Positions 27,208 through 40,961 of a stretch of 64,000 nucleotides of DNA are shown one piece after another (positions within the stretch are counted from its first letter, which is position 1; each line of letters opens with the position of its first letter). The position numbers were made by a program, and so were the translations under genes. The stretch comes from Eledone cirrhosa (lineage: Eukaryota): NCBI GenBank assembly GCA_964016885.1, contig OZ024741.1:219790001-219854000 (forward strand), in the 5' to 3' direction. The notes under the pieces were generated by a model that saw nothing but the letters and a program-made list of their open reading frames with translations, was not told the origin of the DNA and ran no database searches.

Positions 27208-27649
27208 ACTACATTGTCATCACATAGATAACCAGTAAACAACACACGTTTTAAAGGAAACATTTTTAATTGGTTTACATCTGTTAAGAAAGTCATTGAT
27301 ACATTCGTATTGGTAGCAAGAGTGACTTTAACGTTTCTCAAAATAAAACACAAACAAATAAAACACTATAAAAAAAGAAAGAAAACATTTTTTCTTTTCT
27401 TCTGAAAATCATTAGAAAGTCAGACCATTTTAGACCACAAACTAAACAGATGTCACACACAGGTGATTGATCATCTTTAATGAATTTTATGATTTAGATT
27501 CTAATCAATAAAAAATGGGCAGTTTCTATAAATTTTACCTTTTCTTTCCTTGCTGAACTATTTCTTTTTTACACTTTTATTTTATTTTATTTTATTTTAC
27601 TCACTCATCAATTGTTGTCAACCTGTTCAGTAACACGCATACATCGCCG

Positions 27650-27729
<80 letters not shown>

Positions 27730-27765
27730 AAAAGTCAGATTTGCAGCTTGTTTAGAAACATTATT

Positions 27766-27855
27766 GCATATTACAACTGTTTCGATGTCGATCAGTTTGG
27801 GCTTGAACAGGCGATCGTATATCCCGACTCTTAATCGACACCTCTTCAGATATGC
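27766..27855 (-). ncRNA. Type I hammerhead ribozyme (family F1), complete core
   Basis: Minus strand: GCATAT-CTGAAGA-GGTGTCGATTA...TGATCGACATC-GAAA-C-agtt-G-TA^ATATGC. Stem I 6 bp, stem II 11 bp (2 GU), minimal stem III, GUA cleavage triplet. Confidence 0.85.
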
Positions 27856-27875
27856 GAGTTTACATGGGTGGTCAC

Positions 27876-27922
<47 letters not shown>

Positions 27923-27924
27923 GC

Positions 27925-27994
<70 letters not shown>

Positions 27995-28137
27995 ATCTTA
28001 AGTTTCATGGCATACTTTTTGTCAGAGAGTATGAAATGTTTACTCTATAATATGATTATATCTACAGCACAGAATGAATCATATTTAACTGGGTGATATC
28101 TAAAAACATCTGACTGATAAAATGACAAGTCAGTCAA

Positions 28138-28480
28138 TCATATTGGTGGCCTCCCCACAGCCCCGGCGGACAGAATGGAGAAGGCGTTTCCCAGGAGGAT
28201 GGCAAGGGAGACGCGCTGCAAAACCCATTTCTGTTCGCGAGGCTCACACCTGTGGTTGGCCAGCTCAGCGCCTATGGTGGTGAGTAGGGAGGTAGGCCTA
28301 GGGCCAAGGACACCAGAGGTCTCCACTGCCATGGGTACAACCGCAAACCTGTCGGAGAGCGACCGGTATTTGAAGAGTTTGGCCTCCTCGGTCGGACGTG
28401 CAGAAGAACCTGGGTTAGTCGCAGACTGCACCAGGTTGCGAGATATCTCCCCTCTCTGGTTAAGGGCCGTGACTCGGCAG
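28138..28480 (-). mobile_element. CRE-like retrotransposon 3' fragment
   Basis: EEAKLFKYRSLSDRFAVVPMAVETSGVLGP...LQRVSLAILLGNAFSIL; same family as 4404-4730. Confidence 0.8.
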
Positions 28481-28547
28481 TAATCGATATAGTGTGCGAC
28501 TACATATTTAGCTGAATATAGTAACGTTATTATGATAAAGGAGAGTC

Positions 28548-28975
28548 ATGGATTAGCAGTAATCGGTAGAGTGTCGGAAAACATACTTTGTGGCATAGAG
28601 TTACGGCCCTTTGCGTTCTGAGTTCAAATCCCGCCTAGGTTAGTTTTGCCTTTCATCCTTACGGGCTCAATAAAATAAAGTACTACAAACATGGTGGAGT
28701 CGATTTAATCGACCTGCACCTCCCTCAAAATTGTTGACCTTGTGCCTAAATCAGAAAACAAGGCGGTGCATTGGCAGTATCGGTAGAGCTTCGGACATAC
28801 TTTGTAGTATGGAGTTATGGCTCTTTACGTTCTGAGTTCAAATCCCACCGGGGTTAGATTCACCTTTCATTCTTCTGAGGTCGATAAAATAAAAGTACCA
28901 GTAATGAACTAGGGAACATATAAAAGTCTTTATTTTCCCCTAAAATTACCGACATTGTGCATAAATTAGGTGGCA
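28548..28975 (+). mobile_element. Two tandem tRNA-derived SINE copies
   Basis: A box, gagttcaaatcc B box and central domain each occur twice. Confidence 0.88.
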
Positions 28976-29399
28976 TATAGTTTGGAGATTCTTCTTCTTC
29001 TTCTTCTTCTTCTTCTTCTTCTTCTTCTTCTTCTTCTTCTTCTTCTTCTTCGTCCACTTATTCCTGGGAGGGTCGTGGGGACTGGGTCACCAAACACGCC
29101 TTCCACAGGGTCCTATTAGAAGCAGTCGTCTCCAATTGATCGGGCTGGACGCACAAGCGAGACTAATCGAACGCATGGACGTTATCTAACTATCATGCTC
29201 GTAGTCAACCTTTGTCTCCCCTGTCGGTTTAGCTTTGCTCGTAGAATGTTGTTGTGGAAGGTTCTGCAGAGATATGGGATCGATAGATACCCTCTTGTTC
29301 CTTTGAAGTCTCAATACGAATGCCTTAGTATTTGTGTTCGAATAAATACTGAGTAAAATCACTCAATATGTGTTTCCCGTTCTGCAAATTGTTCGTACT

Positions 29400-29990
29400 G
29401 TCACCTCTTCTGTATATAATCTACATGAACAGGATTGACATCAAGACTGACTGGTAGAATCAGTTGGCTCGAATTTGCAGACGACATGATACTTCTTATC
29501 TCCTAAGAAGGTGTTCTCTGACATCTACTGGATAGGTTTGCTTCCGAATACTGCAAGAAAGGAATGAAAATCATTACTGTGGAAACTGGGATCCTCGCTC
29601 TCTCAAAGTCCACTGAAGCAAGTAGAGAAGTTCAAGTATCTCGGGGACGATCTCATGGGTGATAGAATGCCGTTCAATATTTGCAGGAGCTGGTGCAATA
29701 AAGAGCCAGCTTCAACACTCGGTCATCAAAAGAAGTGAGCTAGATGCAAAAGACAAACTCGCTATCTTCAATTCGGTGATCGGGTTATAAATCTTGGTTA
29801 ATGACCGAAAGAATACGATTGCAAATACAAACGACTGAAATGAGTTTATTCGAAAGGTTTTTGGAGTATCGTTATTGGATATGGTGCGTATATCGGAGAT
29901 CTGTGATTTATGTCAGGTAGAGTCGTTACTTCTCCGAAGCGACCACAACTATGATTCTACGGACATGTGGTTAGGAAACAATTGCTGGAC
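29400..29990 (+). mobile_element. Highly degraded RTE fragment, same family as 24130-25445
   Basis: aagcaagtagagaagttcaagtatctcggg and ggtaatgaccgaaagaatacgattgc match the reverse complement of about 24480-24720. Confidence 0.75.
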
Positions 29991-30869
29991 AAATTTTACA
30001 GGAAGGAGAATTATAAAAATAAAAAATAAAGATTAAACATTTGAAAAATAAAGCATGAGAAAATTAGTGGAAAAAGAGCATTGATCAGAAGTTCTGATAG
30101 AGAATGGTAAATTAATGAAGGAATTAAATTAAGATCGTCTCATTTAGAAATAACTAAGGGAATTAAAAAGTAGAAACTGAGGGTGAATTTGGGTGGAATT
30201 ATTCAAAACAGAATATAAAAAATAATGAATGAGAAAATGAGTGTAGGAGCAACATTGATGAAAGTCTCTGTTAAAGTTTAACCCAGTGAAGTATTACTGG
30301 TTGCAATGTTTCTTTCATAATATATTTGTGAAGTACGCTGACCTGCCAACCTCAAAAACCCCAAACGGAGAGTATCATGAAAAAAAGTGTCCCAAAACGA
30401 GGGGAGATTTTACATAATGAAAGCTATACCCATTTTCACAAGAGAAGACATCTCTCACCCCAACCTCCCATAGTGGGTAGGAGATCTCCCCGTCCGACGA
30501 GGAGTGTTAACAGGTCTGAGTACATCCTAGTGTTGAACCTCTCCTTCTTGGCTTATTTCTATAGCTAGCCTCTCATTCTAATGAACTCTTCACTGTCTCC
30601 TCTTTGTGTTTTGAGCAAGAAAGAAGTGATTTGTATAAAAAAATTGCAAATATTGATGGAAATATTAAAGAATAAAAGATTAAAACAAAATTAAGTAATG
30701 AACAGAAGTGAGGAAGGGATAAAGAAGGGCAGCTCTGACGTGTAGAGGAAAGGACTATGAATGCCATAAATGAGAGGAAAAGGAAGGAAAAACAAGGGCC
30801 ACTAGGCAAAAGAAGAAAGGGAGGGGGGATGGAAGAGAGTGATAAATTCTATATCTTGGGTGAGGTGGT

Positions 30870-31185
30870 ATTTCGGCTGCGCCCCGCAGACAAATCTGCA
30901 ATGGCATTTCCGTGGACAATGACCAGCGACGCCTGCTGCAGCAGTCACCCCACCTCGTAGGGCGCCTTCCTCAGACGGGCTACTGACGTTCCTATTTTAC
31001 GAAGGAGCTCGGTAGTACAGGGTCCGAGGATACCTGAGGTCTCGACGACGACTGATGGGAAGAAGAAACGACCGAACAAGTCCCGGTATTTTCTTGTTTT
31101 CCTGTCCTCTGCATTGCGGGCCGCAGAACCGGGGTTTGTGGCCGAATCGACTAAGTTGGAGGCTGAGACCGTATCAAGCTGTACA
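30870..31185 (-). mobile_element. CRE-like retrotransposon 3' fragment (diverged subfamily)
   Basis: DTVSASNL...AARNAEDRKTRKYRDL...VVETSGILGP. Confidence 0.78.
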
Positions 31186-31244
31186 CAGCCCATATTTGCT
31201 ATCATTTATGCAAGATTCCAATCACTTTACAATTTTACAGACTT

Positions 31245-31550
31245 CGTATCGGTGATTAAACCCAACCCGAACGGTTCCTTTCATGTTAGTATGGGATTCT
31301 TCGACAGAGATTATATGTATGAGCTTGTAGGGTTGTATCTACTAAACTCTAATAGACACAATCCTACAAGGTCAGAAATGGAGGAGAATAAACTACCAAA
31401 GCAATCTAGTAACTAGATATTTTAGGAATGTTATCCCCCTCAAGGATTTTTCGTTAAAAAGAGCCAATGTATTAACCATTTCAAGAAATATTAATGGTCA
31501 CTCACTAGATTGATAATTAATGAGATCGTTTAAGCCTTTCCATCTTACGA
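31245..31550 (+). mobile_element. Penelope-like element reverse transcriptase relic
   Basis: SFHVSMGFFDRDYMYELVGLYLLN resembles the PLE RT motif FDVTMGS.DGAEVCELVGLY.L (recalled from memory of the family). Confidence 0.55.
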
Positions 31551-32000
31551 TATCTAGTATCTTTGTGTATGTACACACACGCACACACACACACACACAT
31601 TTACACAGACATATGATACTAATCCAGAGGTGTTAAAGCGAGGCCGTCACTTATAAGATCAGCGATACTTGTCAGAGTGGTAGGTCACATAAGACTTACA
31701 CAACACTTCATAGATATCTGTACTCCCATTAGAATGACACATACATTTACACAAACTTTCAACAATAGTCTAAAGCTGAAGAGCAAGGGCTAGTCTTGAT
31801 CTTTAGCTCAAGATTCACAATATAGACGAGATCATTTGCCACACAACAGGTTTTATACTAGAGAAATTCTCTCCAAAATACAAGCTTCAACAAAGGTTTA
31901 GAGACACATCACCTCGAGTGGTAATACAGTACGCCGGATACATGGGGCGTTGAAAGAAAAAATCCAGATCGACCATATATATATCCGGAATTTTACCCGA

Positions 32001-32324
<324 letters not shown>

Positions 32325-32968
32325 ATAACCTTCGTTTTGTGTAGAAACTTACACTTTTCATATATATATATATAGAGAGAGAGAGAGAGTCCAACACCTC
32401 TGGATCAAAATGTGTCCAGAAATGGATTATCAGAGAGAGAGAGAGCTAGAGAGAGAGAGAGAAAGAGAGAGAAATAACGCACCTCAATAATTCATAGGCA
32501 AAAGATGATGTGCGGTATCTGGGACAGTTTCCCTCTATAAAATCGCACTCAAATGGTATTGGTGAACCCGAGGCTACATTAGAAGACCCTCGCCCAAAAT
32601 GCCAGGGACATGGTTTTCAATTGAACTTCTCAATTATACAGCTGCAGCAGAAAGGCAAACAATGAGATACTTGTTTTTACATGTGAACAAATATGCCATT
32701 TCCATGTTGCTAGATTTTAAAACGCATATTTTTTGCTTTTTTAAAATAATTCCATCACGCAGCAATATATTTCACGCTACATTAAACTCTCATAATTGAA
32801 AAGGTTAATAATTGTATAACAAGCTCTTATCATAGGTTTCTATAATCAATGTTTCATTTCTTGTTTGGTTCAGCCCATATTACATAAAATAATTGCCTTC
32901 ACAAAGATTTGTCGCCTCTTGAAATACACCTACACACAGACATATATACACGTAAATAGATAACCCCC

Positions 32969-33048
<80 letters not shown>

Positions 33049-33050
<2 letters not shown>

Positions 33051-33238
33051 CGAAGGAAATGTGGTAAGAAACCAGGTGGACTATAACGCACCAAAGTACT
33101 CAATACTTAGGGTAGTAGAGTGGGTAATAGGAACGAGTAGGACCCCGACGGCTGAGCTCAAGCCGTTTCGACGGCTAATTCTGAATCCAGAATTAGCCGT
33201 CGAAACGGCTTGTCTCAGCCGTCGGGGTCCTACTCGTT

Positions 33239-33243
<5 letters not shown>
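33049..33243 (+). mobile_element. TA-associated element family A ending in a hairpin of about 55 bp (33127-33243)
   Basis: ggaacgagtaggaccccgacggctgag...ctcagccgtcggggtcctactcgttcc; (TA)n on both sides. Confidence 0.88.
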
Positions 33244-33274
<31 letters not shown>

Positions 33275-33313
33275 AAAGAATAGAGGTGTAACACACGTGT
33301 TATGATATATTGG

Positions 33314-33623
33314 TAAACGGAAAAGAAAATGCTGACAAATTGTTCACAGTGAAAAATAGTTTAATTAGGAATAAGTGAAAATTAGTAATAGTATGGGTTA
33401 GTATTCAGTTTTGGTTTTAAGTTTTACCGGTTGCGCATTTCTAATGCTTTTCACAAACATCACGGGCGCTCTATCTCAAAATTATTTTTGAAAAGCATTA
33501 GAAATGCGCAACCGGTAAAACTTAAAACCAAAACTGAATACTAACCCATACTATTACTAATTTTCACTTATTCCTAATTAAACTATTTTTCACTGTTAAC
33601 AATTTGTCAGAATTTTCTTTTCC

Positions 33624-33628
<5 letters not shown>
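33314..33628. repeat. Foldback with about 140-bp arms abutting (TA)n
   Basis: 33314-33453 is the reverse complement of 33489-33628 with few mismatches. Confidence 0.93.
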
Positions 33629-33677
<49 letters not shown>

Positions 33678-33771
33678 TGTATATGTAAAAGGTAAACAGC
33701 AATAACAACACAATAGGTACAGTATATGGAAGGGATATATTAGGTTAACCCTTGATATAGCAGGAATAGGG

Positions 33772-33807
33772 TCTTAACGTTTCGGACTCTAGTCCTTCAT
33801 CAGAAGA
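33772..33807 (-). ncRNA. Minimal type I hammerhead (family F5), best-preserved copy
   Basis: TCTT-CTGATGA-a-GGAC-taga-GTCC-GAAA-CG-TT^AAGA; stem III has no loop (palindromic ACGT), so it could form only as a dimer. Confidence 0.65.
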
Positions 33808-34034
33808 AAGAATGAGAAATAAGATCCGCAGTCTTGGGAACGGGAAGACCACAAATCAAAGAAGTACTTGATACATGTTATGATGCAGAGTGGGTATATT
33901 AGTAAAAGTAGGGGATTGCAGAGGGAGGTAACTATAGCTGAAACTGCCGAGTTCTGTGTAGATCCTCTAATTGTACTAATACACACCCACACACGCACAT
34001 ATTCACGCACATACACACACATATATATATATAT

Positions 34035-34221
34035 AAGGTTATCCCGGGTTCAATCGAGTGTAAGTAAGGTACTCAATATAAAGCAAAGTATAAATATTTA
34101 ATATAGAAATGGCTTCTACAGAACTAGAACTGTTTCATTCGGGAGAAATCATCGAGAAGCCTCTGATAATTTCTCCCGTATGAAACAGTTCTAGTCTTGT
34201 AGAAACTATTTCTATATTAAA
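34035..34221. mobile_element. TA-associated element with two inverted, mutated hammerheads (family F4)
   Basis: Minus strand 34161-34111: GGCTTC-tcgatga-tTTC-tccc-GAAt-GAAA-CAG-ttctagtt-CTG-TA^GAAGCC; inverted copy 34162-34205; homologous to 41211-41421 and 11541-11584. Confidence 0.78.
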
Positions 34222-34256
34222 ATATCTATCTATCTATCTATCTATATATATATATA

Positions 34257-34912
34257 CAGTGTATCTTCGCTTATCCGGATATCGCTTTTCCGAAATTCGA
34301 TTTACCGGACGGCTATTTCTATACTACCTCCGGATGAGGAGGACTTGATTTCGGCAGACGGACAGATTCGGGCGGCATTTCTTCCGCGAACGTTACGTCA
34401 CTTATTCAGCCAATGGACGAGGGAGTTTTGGAGACACTAAAGCGGATTTACAGAAAACAATTGCTGCGGGATTTGATCGGAAAAGGGGACACGGGAATGA
34501 TTCCATTTTTACGTGCGATAAACATGAGGGAGGTGGTTGACCGTTCAGCTGTTGCGTGGAAATGGTAGCGGGAAATGGTAGCGGAACGACGAGCTTCGGC
34601 GCGAAAACAATCTTCTATTTATTCATTTTTTTTAAAGTACTAACTTTTTATGGTTGGACTCAATTCAGTTTTACGTTATTAAGTTTTTAGTTATTCTTAT
34701 GTTTGTTTAATTAATTTTCTTATAAATTCTATCTGTTCTTTTGTTATTCTAATAAACTTTCTTTACTTAGTATTTGTCTCTTATTTTGACTAAAAGAAGC
34801 CAAAACATTAGAAACCACGAGCATTATGTAACAATGGGATTTTAGAATTCACTTATCCGGATATTTCACTTAACCGGATCTTTTTCTAACTGTTTGGTAA
34901 AGCGAAGATTCA

Positions 34913-34915
<3 letters not shown>
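34257..34915 (+). mobile_element. Internally deleted Tigger/pogo (Tc1-mariner superfamily) DNA transposon
   Basis: TIRs CAGTGTATCTTCGCTT / AAGCGAAGATTCACTG within a TA run; internal [30 protein letters not shown] is the DDE_1 'QPMDQG' motif. Confidence 0.9.
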
Positions 34916-34956
<41 letters not shown>

Positions 34957-34995
34957 GATATTAACAAATGGAAACTATATTTATAAAACCATATC

Positions 34996-35060
34996 TATTT
35001 TATTATACATATTTCAAGGATACCATGTTAAATTATGGTATGCTTTCATCAGACAAAATA
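34996..35060 (-). ncRNA. Type I hammerhead ribozyme (family F3), complete core
   Basis: TATTTTGT-CTGATGA-AAGcATACCAT-aatttaac-ATGGTATcCTT-GAAA-T-atgt-A-TA^ATAAAATA; stem I 8 bp, stem II 10/11 bp. Confidence 0.8.
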
Positions 35061-35227
35061 CAATATATACCAGTTTTATAAATAAATTTTAACATACCCT
35101 TTCAAAATGCAACCGTTACTTTTGGAAGACATCAGGATATTGGATTTCTTTATCTTAGTAAGTCATTGTGATACGTAACACAATTTGCTTGTTGTATCCC
35201 AATAATTTAAATAGAACTTTTGCATAT

Positions 35228-35397
35228 ATCTATCTATCTATCTAAGGCGGGTAAAATTCCCGAGATCCATGGACGAGTTCTCTCCAGCGGTCTCTGTCCC
35301 TCATTATCGCTGCCATATCCTGCATCTTCAACAGACCAGTGTCTGTCCTTAGGGCATCAACATATGTTAACCTTGGTCTTCCTCTTCTAGTGTGTCC

Positions 35398-35400
<3 letters not shown>
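35228..35400 (-). mobile_element. 3' tip of an RTE-group LINE with (TAGA)n tail
   Basis: [22 protein letters not shown]...[11 protein letters not shown]...* followed by (taga)n. Confidence 0.72.
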
Positions 35401-35452
<52 letters not shown>

Positions 35453-35482
35453 CACACTTCGTTATTGTATTTGTTTTCCAAG

Positions 35483-35547
<65 letters not shown>

Positions 35548-35842
35548 GACACACTTCGTTATTGTATTTGTTTTCCAAGATTTCTTATGTGAAAACATGT
35601 GTTGACACAGATATTGTTATACTTTAGGAGGGTTATGCAGCCAATAAACACACACGCACCTTCAATGTATTATACAATTCCGGTTGGTTGGTTGGTTGGC
35701 TGGTTGGCTGGTTCGATAACTGGATGGTTGCTTATATATTGCCAAAGCTCATTCGTCATACATTCTGTGACCTCCTCAGGGACTGGATTTTTATTTTGTG
35801 TCTCTCATTTGTCTTGTCCTGCACCATCTTGATTTTGTGTGT

Positions 35843-35899
<57 letters not shown>

Positions 35900-37087
35900 T
35901 TGTCTTGTCCTGCACCATCTTGATTTTGTGTGTATATATATATATATATATTTATTTGTCTTGTCCTGCACCATCTTGATTTTGTGTGTATATATATATA
36001 TATATGTATATTTTATGTTTCACCAATGGTTAGAACTGGTCATTCCGTTTAGCTACCCATGATGTAATAGTATGAAAGCACTCCGCGTTATGCAGCTCAT
36101 CCATGGACGATGTTGAATCCCGTGATTGGTGCAGGAACGGAGTTAAATATTAATTGGATTAAAATAACAGGAGACCGAACTGCTTATATACCTTTGCATT
36201 TTATTGTTGCAAAATACACTATATATATTTCAATGGCCTGGTTGCGTAAGATCCTGACGGTATCATCAGGTGCAGATTGTACCATATTTAGTCAATAATA
36301 AAGGAAATTAGGACGAGCACAAACAGATAGTAGAGAAAATATATGATTCGGAGATGGGCCACAAAATCGGTGTTATTGTTAGTGCAGGCCACCTCTGGAT
36401 AACAAACTTGACAATGCTAAGCATTGTGGGTTTGGCAGGTGCGACTAAAGGGAGTTAAAGGGTGTTGTGTGGTGGCGACAGAATTTCTGCTTTTCAAAGA
36501 TACTGCTATGCTGTTAATGAGAACCATACAGTCAACTGCTACGAAGGTTTGGGGTACTAAATCCTATGTAAATTCTGGTCAAGACAAGTGAAGCGTAACG
36601 GTGAAGAAAATTTGATTGAAAGATATCAAGAAAGTTATAAGAAGTTATAAATATGTATAACATTTGACAGTTTATTTATGGAAAATATCAAGTTAATACA
36701 GCTTAATAGAAAAAGAAAAAAAGAAAATTTAGATTGAGAAGAATGGAATGTAAAATAGGAAACTATAAAGAAAGGGAAAAAGAAAAAACGGAAAAGAGAA
36801 GGAATGGCAAGGACTCTAGTGTCACAGAAGAATGGGAGAGGAAAGGGGTCGGTGATTGGGCTCTGGGCCTTGGGCGCGGCGGTAAAGGGACTGAGCTCCA
36901 CGGACATGCCCGTAAAAGCATTCCCGTTGGGTTGAATGACGTGTTAAATAAATTAATAAAATGAATTACAAAAAAATACATTAAGAAAACAAATTGCGAG
37001 TAAATATAAATATATAATAGTTGCAATGTTAGCGTCTGTGTATCGTTAACATAATTAAGGGAAAGTAATCTAGTTCACACTTATATG

Positions 37088-37302
37088 CGGCCGTGCTCTT
37101 GCCAGTGGAGACTTCTGGTGTCCTTGGCCCCAGGGCTAGCTCCCATCATAGGCGCTGAGCTGGCCAGCCGCAGGTGTGATCCTCGCGAGTTGGAATGACT
37201 CTTCCAGCGCATCTCCCTTACCATCCTCCGGGTAAACACCTTCTCCATTCTGTCCGCCGGGGCTGTGGGGAGGCCAGCACGTGGGACCCCATTTGCTCAC
37301 CA
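37088..37302 (+). mobile_element. CRE-like 3' fragment
   Basis: Nucleotide match to 4450-4675 (cagtggagacttctggtgtccttggccc...ggggctgtggggaggccagcac). Confidence 0.8.
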
Positions 37303-37737
37303 TACGGAGAGATGGGGAGGGTGAGAGAGATGAAGGCGGTGACAGTGGGAGTTCGGCTCTTCCACGTTCGGACCATATCCTTGTGGTTGTGATCATTAAG
37401 CAGTTAATGAGTCTGTTTATTTATTTTAAGTGTGTCTACCTCCACTATATATTATATTTGTATTTGTATTGTGACAGAAAAGACAAGAAACGTGGTTTGG
37501 CGTTCTCTAGCGACTGATGCAATGACTCTCCTCATCCCTGCAAGGTCCAAAAGAGGATATACCAATACTGAGAATATTCATATATTGAGGCGGGGGGAGG
37601 GTGTGTAATTAATTAATTCCAAGCACTCAAAGAACGGAAACAAATTTTGGCGTCTTTTGTGTCACACGGTAAGTCCTGAGACGGTCAGTCGGAGGTGTAA
37701 CGCATACCAGATAATTACTAATAGCAGTGAAGTTAAT

Positions 37738-38912
37738 AATAATTGTTACTATTTTTGGCACAAGGCCAGCAATTACTCCAGTGCATTACTGGTACTTTAT
37801 TTTATAGATCCCGTAAAGATGAAAGGCAAAGTTAACCTCGGTGGGATTTGAATTCAGACCATAAAGGGACGTAACTATGCTGGAAAGCAATGCGTCCGAC
37901 CTTCTACCGATACTGTCAGTGTGATAGAATTATGGCTGTCGGGGAGGATAACATTGCAAGTTTATAGTTGAAAGTAAAATTAAAAAATAAAATAAAATAA
38001 AATTAAATTAAATTAAAATTAAATTAAATCAGTAGCTAGTATTGGGTCTTATGTGTCGTTCAATATATGATTACATATGGAGTATAATATAATTATATAC
38101 TATAAGATAAAGTAGGAAAACATTGAAAACTAAGGTGTAGATTAATGGTAAATTTTACATTGTGTAGTATGTATCTCCCTTTCTGGTTATTATAATTGTT
38201 TCTACTTTTTGGCACAAAGCTAGCAATTACCCCCAGTGTATTACTGGTACTTTATTTTATCGACCCCCGTAAGAATGAAAGGCAAAGTTAACCTCAGTGG
38301 TATTTGAACTCAGTCCGTAAAGAGCCGTAACTCTATGCTGCAAAGCATGGCATCCGACCCTCTAGCGACACTGTCAACCCACCGTGTTATAATTGTTTCT
38401 ACTTTTGGCACAAGGACAGCAATTATCCCAGTGTATTACTGGTACTTTATTTTATCGACCCCCGTAAGGATGAAAGGCAAAATTAACCTCGGCGGGATTT
38501 GAACTCAGACCATAAAGGGCGGTAACTCTTTGCTGCAAAGCATGGCGTCCGACCTTCTAGCGATACTGCCAATCTAGGCAGTGAGTAAATTTTATGGGGG
38601 TGGATAATTAAATATATAATTAATAGATAGTAAATAAGCGAAAGAGATATTGTAATGCAATTAATGAATGATAATGATTAGTACCTTGTTGAAGCTATTG
38701 GTATGGAGGCCCTACTGAGAGATATGCTAGTGGATTGGTAGTATCGGTAGAGGGTCGGACCCCCTGCTTTCCAGCATAGTTACGTCCCTTTACGGTCTGA
38801 GTTCAAATCCCGCCGAGGTCAACTTTGCCTTTCATCCTTACGGGGTCGATAAAATAAAGTACCAGTAATGTACTGAGGAATTGCTGGCCTTGTGCCAGAA
38901 GTAGAAACAATT
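37738..38912. mobile_element. Four SINE copies (37738-37920 -, 38193-38382 -, 38390-38575 -, 38730-38912 +)
   Basis: Same consensus as 3849-4065; the last two are arranged head-to-head. Confidence 0.9.
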
Positions 38913-39385
38913 ATATTATATATGGTATAAGATAACATGTAAGTTAAGGTGTACACAAGAAGTTATATTTGTAATATATAAACAATATAAGTAATATGAT
39001 AAAAACTACAACTTTAGCTCCGATATAGCTGTGTACATACAAGTATGTGAATTTCGTATATCTAATGATATATGTTATGTTTAATAAATAAACATTTGGA
39101 AAACGTAACTATGAATATTGAAAGGCTTACGGCCAGAGCCGTCTAGCGGATTCTAGCAGAGACATCGTGGGACAACTGTCAATATATATTTCAGCCTCTG
39201 GTCATCATCAGGCCAATCCTTTCCCTGCTCTCTACTGGTACTTGAAACAGGCGAACAAATCTTTTTTCACCTGTGTAGATGGGCTGATTAGCCTCATTTG
39301 CATATGGAGCTGCACAAGCCGGTTCAGCTTAAAAGTAGAATTAAAAATAAAATAATATACAATATAATAAAAACTATAATAAAAA

Positions 39386-39510
39386 TCTCTCTATATATAA
39401 AATTATTTGTCTGTCTGTCTGTTTCCTTATGCATTCTCAAACGGATCGACTAAATCAAATCAAATTTTACAAGTATTAGACCCCGGGATTAACAACATGT
39501 AACTTTTATT
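39386..39510 (+). mobile_element. Helitron-like 5' terminus
   Basis: A|TCTCTCTATATATAAAA...(TGTC)n...caaacggatcgac pattern typical of non-autonomous Helitron 5' ends. Confidence 0.5.
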
Positions 39511-39632
39511 TTCATTTGGATTAAAACAATATAACATTCTATCTAAAATAATCTTTCTATAGTCAACTATAGTAAACGACAGTTTATAACACGTCGACGA
39601 CCTCACATTTTGTATATGAGTGTGTATGCGTC

Positions 39633-39711
<79 letters not shown>

Positions 39712-39960
39712 GTGTTCGTTACGTACGTTAGACCTTAGTACATTGCATACACATTATCTTTATACACAGAGAATTAAACACACACACACATCTACACATA
39801 CATATACATATGTGTGTGAGTGTATGTGAGAGTATGTGTGTGTGAGTATACATACATTTCTGTGACGACTGACATACCGAATACACACACACACACACAC
39901 ACACACACATCTAAAGATAGAGAGATACAGAGAGAGATGCAGAGAAAGAGATAGATATAG

Positions 39961-39993
<33 letters not shown>

Positions 39994-40382
39994 CAGAGAA
40001 GAGAGGGAGAGGGAGAGAGAGAGAGGCGGGGAGAGATAGTGACGTCCCACAAATGTCTAGAATCGGCTTAAACTAGATCAAAGATTAAATAGATCAAAGT
40101 ATCAGTTGAATGTTTAACAATATTGCGTTAGCTTTTATAAAGCATGCATATGTATATATGTGTATATATGTATATATATGTGTATATATAGGTGTGTGTG
40201 TGTGTACGTGTGCATACTTACATTTCTGTATCAGATGTGCTAGGGTGAGAAATAAAATTCTAATTTTATTTTTAATATTCGGCAAGGCCAGCCGTAACTC
40301 GCTTGGTATGAAGCTACTCAGCCGATGTATACTTAAGAAAATACTATATATTTTCAACCGTTCAACAGACTGGAAGACATAT

Positions 40383-40425
40383 ACAATCCTGATGAAGGGT
40401 AATGACCCAGAAACATGTTGATTGT
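40383..40425 (+). ncRNA. Minimal type I hammerhead ribozyme (family F2)
   Basis: ACAATC-CTGATGA-a-GGGT-aatg-ACCC-a-GAAA-C-at-G-TT^GATTGT; perfect 6-bp stem I; palindromic ACATGT stem III. Confidence 0.8.
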
Positions 40426-40619
40426 TCCACAAATCTATTGTTGAACAAACGGATGACGATCGGTCTCTGGCACAGCACAGCTTTAAATGGGCTGTTTGTT
40501 TACAAATGAATCGAACAATATTTTTAATGTTCGATATAACCCATACGTCAACATGAATGGACCTGTTATTTTTATCTAAAGGCATTTTTTTCCAACTCCA
40601 ACCCACCCATCCCCTCATT

Positions 40620-40752
40620 CTATCTTATTTCTCATTCTTTCTTCTGATGAAAGACTAGCGTCCGAAACTTTAAGACCCCCATCCTGCTATAACAAGTGTT
40701 AACCTAATTTATCCCTTCCATATACTGTACCGATTGTGTTGTTATTTCTGTT

Positions 40753-40758
<6 letters not shown>
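40620..40758 (+). mobile_element. Family F5 hammerhead-bearing element abutting (TA)n
   Basis: tcttCTGATGAaagac-tagc-gtccGAAActttaaga; reverse-complement homolog of 33687-33826. Confidence 0.75.
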
Positions 40759-40792
<34 letters not shown>

Positions 40793-40793
40793 A

Positions 40794-40877
<84 letters not shown>

Positions 40878-40961
40878 GTTCTCTTCAGATAAAGTAAGGT
40901 ACGATGATATGAGGCATAATAGCCCTTGTTTATAGGAAAGTGCTAATTCTACATTGTACCT

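Noticed and set aside
35446-35992. CRISPR-like repeat-spacer appearance
   Set aside because: Spacers are only (TA)n, the context is eukaryotic and there are no cas genes. The 30-, 26- and 35-bp arrays also lack unique spacers.
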